64,000 nucleotides of DNA from Tetramitus jugosus. Lineage: Eukaryota; Protista; Heterolobosea. The stretch's first letter is position 1. Each line of letters begins with the position of its first letter. Under the pieces are notes generated by a model. It was not told the DNA's origin, did not search any database, and worked only from the letters and a program-made list of their open reading frames with translations. The stretch spans positions 124,001 to 188,000 of the forward strand of contig OW569364.1 of the NCBI GenBank assembly GCA_937625935.1, read 5' to 3'. The translations under genes were made by a program, and so were the position numbers. This document shows, piece by piece, positions 55,569 through 64,000 of the stretch.

Positions 55569-57121
55569 ATGTCGACACGTTACATGGACCACGCACCACC
55601 CTCTCGCTGGTCAGATGAAAAAGCTTATATACCTGGTGTTCCTACTTTCATACCCTATGGCATTAGCTGTGAAGCTCTCGAAGCACTTTTAAGTATGTAG
55701 CAACTAAACCAACCAACAAAAAACAACAAACATTCACAAAACTCACACACTTTGTTTTTTTGTATATAGTTCGAATTCGACTCGAAGAAATCAACAAGAG
55801 AATCACAAGCGGAGAAACAATCACTGTGCATGAGACAGAGGCCAGATCACCCTCTCCACCACCCACCTATGACAACACTGGTAAGCGTACCAACACTAGA
55901 GAGATTCGAATGAAGCAAAAATTGGTTCGAGAAAAAAATTCGTTAATCGAGAGAGCCATGTCACTCAATCCACAGTTTAAACCACCGGCAGACTATCGAC
56001 CCGAACCCAAGAAACTCACCAAAAAGATTTATGTTCCAGTCAAGAAGCACCCAGAGTACAATTTTATTGGTTTGATCATTGGACCGAGAGGCAACACACA
56101 AAAAAAGATGGAGAGAGAAACGGGGGCAAAGATTGCAATCCGTGGCAAGGGTTCTGTGAAGCCCGGCAAGGGTCGAAAGGACGGAAAACCGAATCCAGGT
56201 GAAGAAGACGAGTTGCACGTGTTGATCACAGCAGACACGAATGATCAGTTGGAGAAGGCTGCTGAAATGGTTCACAAATTGCTCGTCCCTGTCGAAGAAG
56301 GCAAAAATGATCTCAAGAGAGAACAGTTGAGAGAGTTGGCAAGGATTCATGGTACGTTGCGAGACGATGATGTCAATCGACCACAATTGGACGAAAATGC
56401 GAGTTTGTACGATAAGTTGAGACAATATGGATCTGCGAGAGAAATGTATGAGAGAAGATCAGAGTTTATGAGTGCACTGTCAGAGGAAGACGCTGCCATT
56501 AATGATCAAAAATTGCAATCCTTTTTGAATGAGGTTGGCATGGACGGAGCACGGAGGTTCCTGGGCAAGGACAATAACATGGACAATGCAGAGGAAGAGT
56601 TGGCACCATGGGAGAGAGACGATCAAGATGATGGTCAACCTTGGAATCAATCTTCTCAGCAGCAACAGAGTCATTCGCAACACCATCAACATCAGCAGCA
56701 CCACCATCATCAACAGCACCACTACCACCACTCAAAGGATCAATCGAGATCTTCTTCTTCATCAGATGTTTCCCAGTTGCCTCCACCTCAATTCCAGCCA
56801 CCACCTGCCCCTGCGACAACGACTCAACCTGCCATATCTGCTCCACCAACAGCAGTCTATCCCAGTTATCCCACTGCTACTACTGGTGGAGGTGCCTACG
56901 ATGCACAAAATTATGCTTACTGGCAACAGTATTCTCAATATTATTCTCAAATGGGAATGGCTTCACCTGCCCCACCCGGTATCACACCACCCGGCACGTA
57001 CTATGCACCATCTGTTGTCGCACCACCTGGCACCGCTCCACCACAATTATACAATATGACTCCTCCTGGCACTCAACAACCAACAACCAATCCTCCATAC
57101 ACGCATTCTTGGAATCAATAA
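55569..57121 (+). CDS. SF1: Splicing factor 1 / branchpoint-bridging protein; intron 55693-55769
   Basis: SRW ULM-like motif, RSPSPPP.YD..GKR.NTRE, KH-QUA2 [25 protein letters not shown], Pro-rich tail. Confidence 0.95.
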
Positions 57122-57279
57122 GTGTGAAGTAAGAATAAAAACAAATATGAGAAAGTGTCGTCAAAAGTAGAAAACTTCTTCTTGCAACGTACTTGTTTGT
57201 TGATTGCCAAACATCTCCACAAGCATATTTGAACAATTTTTAGATACTTACCTTCTTCGCTCTCAACAATATGTAAGAC

Positions 57280-58020
57280 TTACAAGAGTCCATATCCATC
57301 AGCGTTAAAAAATTCTGGCTGCTCACCTTCAACATGAAGATCAATGCTACGAGAACCATCTGGTGTGTCAATAAACACCTTGTAAACACCCTTTCTCTTC
57401 AAAGTGAAACCATTAGCACCATAGGTTAGATTCACATTTCTTCCCTCCACCCATTTCTTGTCTGTATCACCCGACCTGCGCACCAAATTAGGTAGCGGTT
57501 CAAATCTTTTGAATCGAAAAGAGCCAGGTTCGGCAGTGTAAACTGTTGTTCCAGAACTCTTGACATCAAAGGTGTCAGAATACGGCAAACCCTCACAGTG
57601 AATATCAAGAAATAGAGGTCCGTTCCTTACATGTTCAAGATGTTGAAGCGGATTCTTAATTAATATCTTGCTCTCTTGATTCAACTTCTCATTTGTAGCA
57701 TGAAAACTGAGTTCATGAAAGTTCGAAACACCAACTCGAAGCCAGTGTCTGATGAAACGTGCAACTCCAACCCAGCAATTGAACGACCCTGGAGACTGTG
57801 CTTCTCTACTCTAACTAGGCAAAATAATTTTTCATTTTTGTTGGGCAGAGCTTGAAGCTAACGTTTCTGGAATGTTGGAGAGGAACATGTTTGTGTCGAC
57901 AACCAGCGAGAAGAATTCTTTTCCATCTTTGGTTACGGAACGAGTGAACACTCCCTTTCCGTCTTTGGTGGAGGATCTACCAGAGTTGAGTTCTCCAAAC
58001 CTAGTGGTGAAGTGAACCAT
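57280..58020 (-). pseudogene. Possible frameshifted gene of unknown function
   Basis: Three successive protein-like segments in different frames (MVHFTTRFG..., NEKLFCLVRVE..., HELSFHATNEKLNQESK...GLL*); I found no intron that joins them. Confidence 0.35.
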
Positions 58021-58511
58021 CCTGTGTGACTTTGTTGAGTAGTTGTTTTGTTGTCTTATGATTCGATAATGATTTGACACCTGTAAGTCAGTTTCTGCTT
58101 CCTCTAGAATTTCCTCGACCAAAAATCAGATGTTTTTTTACAAGGACCCAACCAATCCATACGTCCCGAATAAAAATTTTGGCGACAACTTTTACGGTCG
58201 TTTTTCTGATTTTCCCAGTTGGAGCTCCACATGACTTTTAAAAGTCGACCCCTGAACAATACAAAGTGGACACATAAGTTTTTTCGTTTTCATTGCAGTG
58301 TTCACTGTCGAAAATTGAAAGGTTGATCTTCGAGGTAAGAACTTTTCGAACAATGAAGCAATGTTCTCCCCTTCCACTTTCCTTAACATGAACGGAACAA
58401 CATGCAACCTTGGAGCAAATAAAACAAAGGTAGTATCAATTTTTCTTTTACCGAAAATTAACAAAGCCTTTGAGGTGTCTCGTGTGACCTCTTCTCCGCC
58501 TACCACTTAAA

Positions 58512-61193
58512 CTAGCGCAGCAATGCTCCATGCCAGGGCAACAAATCCACACAACCGATCACCTTCTCTTGCTTCCAAAACACAATCACTGGAGTTTCGA
58601 TAGCAGATACTCGGCAATGCTCAAGACCTTGAAACACTTGATTCATCAAAACCTTGAACGAGATGCACACTCCCTCCTGCTTTTTCACTTGAATGCCCAC
58701 CACTTGAACAACTCTTTAACAATGACAGTTAGATGATCAAGAATAAATGAAACAGCTACACCAAGTCAACATACCTTCCATCTCTTAATCTTACAGTGGA
58801 GTTATTGTACGACCTTTGTCTTACATATGCAGCGCATCAATTGAATACCAGTCTTTTCTCATGTACTTGTAGTAGCCCTCCTCCTTTTTCTTCACTCTTC
58901 CAAACACATGCACCCCGTCCAGCCGAACACCATCAGAGCGAGACCCAAATCGTCTCTTCTACAAGGGTAAGTAAGAATTGGTTGAGTTCATTGAACAAAG
59001 TGACAACAACATTGATACTACTTACACTCATTGCATGTAACACTTTCACCGTTCCTTTGTGTGTCATGCAGTTCAAGCGATCTTCGAGATGCTGCAACAA
59101 GGGAATAGCCTCACAAATACCTTGATCCACTCGATACGTTCCGTGGATGGATCGAAGAATCACTCGGTTAAAACTCTCAAACGGGAATGCTGTGTAGCAC
59201 CAGAGAGGTCCATGCCTCTTCACAATCAACCAAATGGGTAAGAAGATGAACATTTAATGTAACATACCGATCACCATACACTTCCTGGAACTGAGTCACA
59301 TAATGTGTCAGCTCCATTTGTACTTTATCCAATTGTTGCGTTGACAGTTCAGGTTGAAGCAGGTCATACAGAGCATTGACCAGAATCATGTGGTGGTCAA
59401 AATAGGGAGTGTTTGCTGGAAACAAGTGTTTTGTAAGTCTCGATGTATAGAGCATGAACACAAGACACTCTGATGCTTTAATTAAAATATCGATGATGCT
59501 TGATGATTGATCTGAGATTTCGTCGAAACACAGATGGAAGCTGTTGCTGCAAGAGCAATTGATCGAATGACTCCCACATCTGCTTGCTCACTCTTGCTCC
59601 CAATCTGTCGTTATACTGCATGAGTGCCATGAAGAATGATTGTCAACAAAGAGTATGTGCCTTGGAGAATGAGTGTAAACAATGAAACGTCACATACCTT
59701 GGATTCTGTCCAAAGCTTCATCAACAAGGAGAATACTCCCTCCAGCAAATGCATAATATCAATACTTCCAAAACTTGTCCATTCCCAGTAAGGAAGCATT
59801 TCTGAGAAGATCGAAATACCAGTGTGTCCATTGATGACTGGTAGATCAGACCAAGCCACTCCTTCACTGAGTAGTGTTCGATACTTGTTGTACACTTCTT
59901 TCACTTGAGTCTCTGTTCTCAGGGAGTGATCAAACACAAAATCTTGGATCGTCTCAACAGAGGATAACAAAACCTCTTATCAATAGTGCAACCAGAGTGA
60001 TTGCAAAATCCACAGGCGCCCCTTCCACCGTGTTGTTGTTGCATGAACAAACCTGCTTTAGCCGGTAGATCGCAACAAGAGTTGATACATCGGAGCCGGA
60101 ACAACTCTTCTTTACCGTGTGCATCCTGCCCTCTAATACCTTGATCAGCCTTCTTCAATTCAGTTGCTAGCACCGAGAACAAAATGTTCGATGTTGGCTT
60201 GTTCTTGCCAAACCACACGCCACAGAAGATGACATTTTCAATCTTCATCCTCTCGTTGAAAGGCAGCTCGTTGCACACCATGAAAATGGGAATGGCAGTA
60301 ACGAGACTGCTCTTCCACTTTGTGGCACCGTCATAATTCACCAGAAAAGAGTAGCACCCTCTGGTTGTTGTCACAGGAGCAGCAATTCTCTTGTAAACTT
60401 CACCGTCATAAACATCACTAATCATATCAGATGATTTACAATGCCTCAGGCGATAGTGCTGGGCGAGAGTGTAAAACCTTTTGTCCACTTTCATTCTGTC
60501 AACAAACTGCTGGACCGGATTGTTCCAAAGGAAATACTCCATGGCACAATTCCTATTGTGCTTGCAAACACTGTTGCCCGTCACAAAATTGTGCTCGCGA
60601 CAAAAGTAAATCTTGTTCATTCTTGAGTGGTGAGCAAGGCACTTGAAAAACTTGTGCTTGGATGTCACTAGAGCACTGTTCTTGGGAAGAAACGTCTGGA
60701 GGAAGGTCAACGACTTTTCCAAACCTGACTTGCTCAGATTGAGTTGGACCATGAGATACAAAATCAAAGTATAAGCAGTATACAAAGAAATGGGAAGATA
60801 TTGACACACCTTTTGATCCCATAGTGGATCATCACTATGAATCGTGGAGATTCCATTGGTGTAATCATCTCCGATGACTGACCTTGATTCTTGCATCTCG
60901 AGCACGGGTCGAGCTTGAGCCAAGTCTTCTACATCAACGGACGAGAGTTTGGCTTCAATGAACTCTTCATCACCAAGCATTGGTTCACTACCACCAAAAT
61001 CAGTTGTTTGGCATTGGATAGAGGGCACGGCAGTGGTGATTAGTGGGCTTGGGTTCAGTGGAGTGTTGGGTGTTGTTTGGACTGTTGAGGAGCAACAATC
61101 ATATTGATGATCAACAAAGCTATATGTTGGATTTTCCAACATGTTCAACAACACTTGTCGCCTAGTTCTTGTTCTTGTCGTTCGATACTTCAT
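58512..61193 (-). pseudogene. EnSpm/CACTA-type DDE transposase, intron-containing, with at least 3 frameshifts
   Basis: DVYDG..Y, NYDG, PIF...NELP..ER...N, CDLPAKA..CGFC, DIMH, KASE, NVHLLTHL, GPLW....FPFESFN. Breaks near 59960, 59480 and 59223; intron ~59617-59698. Confidence 0.88.
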
Positions 61194-61316
61194 ATAAATG
61201 GACGTGCTTGTAGGTTTTTTGAGTGAGAAACTTTGAGAATTGTGATTTATTGTATCCACGAGCGGCTGAAGTCGGAGCTTTGTCTTGAAGACGAAACACA
61301 CTTAAATTGAACAAAC

Positions 61317-62657
61317 ATGAGCACTAGAACATACAAAACTCTTCATGTGGAGAAGTTTTCATCCGCAGATCGTTTAGCTCTCATCACCTTCTTGTCACAG
61401 GACTCCAACAACAACTACAGCAAACTGTCCAAAAAACAACTGCTGTATGTATGGCTGTCCTCAAAGGACAAAGTAATACAAAAAAACAAGAATGAAAAAA
61501 AGTTTACTGGACTCTCGTATGACGATTTGGCCAAGAAACTCAAGGAGTACAAGGTAGAGTGTCTACCTTTTGTAAGACAACTACCTGTCGAACCATCTGC
61601 CAACACAAAGAAAGGGGCAACTTCTTCATCAGGTACTACTAACCTGACAAAATTCAAGCCATCACTCTTGCAAGACGGTAGTCGTGTCGAGCTGCTGTGC
61701 GCAGATGGAGCGCATTTTGGAAGTGCAAATATCTGCGGTGACATCCCCAGCACTCAGGAGGACAAAGTGACTGTCTCCATCATTTTCATTAATGCTCAGT
61801 TCGCCTCAGATTTTTATCTTCCAGAGGAGACAGAGCCGGTATGCGTTGGTTCTGTCGTCGGTTGGGATAAAGTTCTCATTGTAGACCAAGATGAATTCAC
61901 CAAGAGTAGTTCTAATGAGGATAGGGAGCGCTTTAAGCATGTGGATGACTTCTTCGATGTCAGAGGGAGCTCCCAAATCATCGCTCCTCCACCAGTGGTT
62001 CTTACTCAAACGCAAGAACCTCAATTGCGTCAATCAGATCAGGTGCCTCCTACACAAGATAGTGGGTTTGTCACGGTACCGGTGGAAGAATTTGAACGAG
62101 GCAAGGATGCACAAAGAAGATTGGTTGAAGCTCTGGAGAGACTGGAGAACTTGAAGGTCTTTGAAGCATGGTTCATGAAGACCCAAAAGACAGTGATAGA
62201 AAAGATGGCTGAAGTGACTCAGGGAAAAAAGGGCCAGTCACTGAACTTTGAAACTGGGTTCAAGTTCAACAACAAGTATTACAAAACAACTCCCGAGCAA
62301 CACCACAAGTTGAGTCTTTCCCAACCGAATGTGGTTCTCAAGGCCTTCTTGGAAATTGTCGCCTCCGATTGCCAGTTGGATTTGGTAAACGTGTCTTACA
62401 GTCGTCCTGGATACACAGGTACAGATAGGATTAGATTGGATCGTCAATTGGTAAACAACATTTGGGCTTGTGTCCGAAAGTCATTCAACTTCTTCATTGG
62501 TGCGAATGATGCTTCCATCACGAAAGCTTTGGGTAAGACATTGGCAGACTTTCACAAGGAGCGCCTGGTGAAGAAAGGTTCAAGTGAGGAGGTCATCGAA
62601 GATAATGTAGACGACGACGGAGTGGAACCTCCTGCCAAAATTGCTCGTCATCAATAA
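61317..62657 (+). CDS. Transposon accessory ORF2, coiled coil + C-terminal BEN-like domain
   Basis: Intact 446-aa ORF inside the TIRs, divergent from the transposase; C-terminal NLS-like PPAKIAR. Confidence 0.7.
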   Translation: MSTRTYKTLHVEKFSSADRLALITFLSQDSNNNYSKLSKKQLLYVWLSSKDKVIQKNKNEKKFTGLSYDDLAKKLKEYKVECLPFVRQLPVEPSANTKKGATSSSGTTNLTKFKPSLLQDGSRVELLCADGAHFGSANICGDIPSTQEDKVTVSIIFINAQFASDFYLPEETEPVCVGSVVGWDKVLIVDQDEFTKSSSNEDRERFKHVDDFFDVRGSSQIIAPPPVVLTQTQEPQLRQSDQVPPTQDSGFVTVPVEEFERGKDAQRRLVEALERLENLKVFEAWFMKTQKTVIEKMAEVTQGKKGQSLNFETGFKFNNKYYKTTPEQHHKLSLSQPNVVLKAFLEIVASDCQLDLVNVSYSRPGYTGTDRIRLDRQLVNNIWACVRKSFNFFIGANDASITKALGKTLADFHKERLVKKGSSEEVIEDNVDDDGVEPPAKIARHQ

Positions 62658-62876
62658 AAGATTATGACAAGGTAAAACAATTTCTTTCTGTTTTTCTTTT
62701 TGGACCCATTTTGTTTTTTTTGTATTTGACGTGCCAACTTTTAAAAGTCGAATCGTAAGTGAGAACGACGCGGGAGAAAAAAAGTCGACGGTTCATCTAT
62801 CGTGTCAACTTCCAAATGTTGGTGGACAAATTTTTACTCGGGGTATCAATCAGTGTGAAAACAAATAATGAAGATT

Positions 62877-63932
62877 TTATAAATAGGTCGTGTCTACGTT
62901 GTGGCTGGCGACTAACGGAGGAGTAGCCGAGATAGGAACTTCAGGTTCCTTCAACTGCTCTTGTTGATACCATTCTACGGCAGACTTTCTGTACAATCGT
63001 TCGTGCTTTGGATTCTCAAGTCTGTTGTTGACGAGAGCACTAACCAGAGCTAGACTTACAATGATGTAAGAACTGAGCAACACATTCCTGCCGGTCAGAA
63101 TCTCAAAGAACAAATTGTAGAATTCGAAAATGGCCAGATAACCAAGTGCGACATAGAGTCTCTTCATAGACATACTCTTTCTCATTACATTTCGAGCTAC
63201 CACTTGAGGATGATAGACTGTCTGATACTCTGCCACTCTACTCTCAAATGATATCATGTGTCTGATGGCCTTGGACGCGAAAATGGCTCCAAACATGAGG
63301 ATGAAGCCCAAGTTAATAGAAATCATCTGGTCAAAGAATGATTGAAAACCATCTCCAGCAGCAGGCAAACCATTTGGAGGTGTCTTGTTTAGAATAACAA
63401 CCAACAATTTTAGAACAATTGTGGGAATGACAGTAAATATCAGCATGAACAATGTTAGAATGGTAAATAACAAAGCAACCCTAGCTCTGGATGCTACTAA
63501 GTATGGAAAATTAAATTCAAGAATATAAGCAGACTGAACCGGTGTTTTCCCAGAGTGCAATGCCTCAGTCTCAAGGCATGCGAATGCATTGTCAGCCAAA
63601 ATGTACACGTGGATGTAGGCCAGAAACAGAATGGTGAACCGACTTGTCAGATTGATCAAAATATCAGCCAAGAATCGAAAGACTCGACTCACTGTACTGG
63701 TATCTGTCATGTTGTTTGCTGCCACAAGAAAACCCAATTGTGCAATCTTTTGCATGAGGATCAGTGCTATGAGAATGCACGTTGTGACAATGATCCATCT
63801 GGTTTGGATCCGATTTCTCTTGAGAGATGTGAGACAAGTAATCCCAGTGAGCAACAAGAGAAATGTAAAGAAGCAAATGAAGAATCCATTTGCAATGTAT
63901 TGATACACATCTTGTCCAAACACTCGAGTCAT
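62877..63932 (-). CDS. Multi-pass (about 7 TM) membrane protein
   Basis: Six to seven hydrophobic segments with a polar C-terminal tail; GPCR-like topology, no family motif recognised. Confidence 0.7.
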   Translation of the reverse strand: MTRVFGQDVYQYIANGFFICFFTFLLLLTGITCLTSLKRNRIQTRWIIVTTCILIALILMQKIAQLGFLVAANNMTDTSTVSRVFRFLADILINLTSRFTILFLAYIHVYILADNAFACLETEALHSGKTPVQSAYILEFNFPYLVASRARVALLFTILTLFMLIFTVIPTIVLKLLVVILNKTPPNGLPAAGDGFQSFFDQMISINLGFILMFGAIFASKAIRHMISFESRVAEYQTVYHPQVVARNVMRKSMSMKRLYVALGYLAIFEFYNLFFEILTGRNVLLSSYIIVSLALVSALVNNRLENPKHERLYRKSAVEWYQQEQLKEPEVPISATPPLVASHNVDTTYL

Positions 63933-64000
63933 ATTGTTGCTGTTGGATTGGTAATACAATACTTTAGTTTGAAAAATGAAGTGTTTGAACTGAACTACTC

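Larger units (their letters stand above)
58165..62842. mobile_element. EnSpm/CACTA (CMC superfamily)-type DNA transposon, 4678 bp
   Basis: TIRs CCCGAATAAAAATTT (58165-58179) and AAATTTTTACTCGGG (62828-62842) match 14/15. 2-bp TSD GT at 58163-64 and 62843-44. Internal transposase plus a second ORF. Confidence 0.88.

Noticed and set aside
59478-59485. TTAATTAA as a piggyBac footprint
   Set aside because: piggyBac normally excises precisely; a simple 4-bp slippage duplication explains it.

Overview
Gene-dense eukaryotic (protist-type) DNA with short GT-AG introns, tiny intergenic spaces and CAA/poly-Q tracts. A Naegleria-style EGF motif is consistent with a heterolobosean-like amoeba, but that is inference. 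About 35 protein genes are present, mostly housekeeping: a Rab32-type GTPase, archaemetzincin, ORC6, GHITM, P5CR, SCO1, DPM2, RIO2, an SLC35B1-like transporter, two SDRs, BCKDHB, deoxyhypusine synthase, cornichon, UAS-UBX, a DAGK-like kinase, a GMC oxidoreductase and SF1. Five things are not evident from the ORF track alone. (1) A >1200-aa secreted/surface protein (3716 to <1, minus) contains a complete fibrinogen C-terminal domain. (2) Three identical dispersed 5S rRNA genes and one truncated copy each lie next to an F-box gene (F-box/SPRY, an F-box/LRR pseudogene, an F-box/Rho-GTPase fusion). (3) A tandem trio of highly diverged eIF5A-like proteins, with a rewritten hypusine loop, sits ~7 kb from deoxyhypusine synthase. 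(4) A 4.7-kb EnSpm/CACTA-type transposon has TIRs, a 2-bp TSD, a frameshifted transposase and an intact divergent ORF2 with a BEN-like domain. (5) A dynamin-like gene is broken by a frameshifting deletion. All family calls come from motif recognition by eye; no database search was run.
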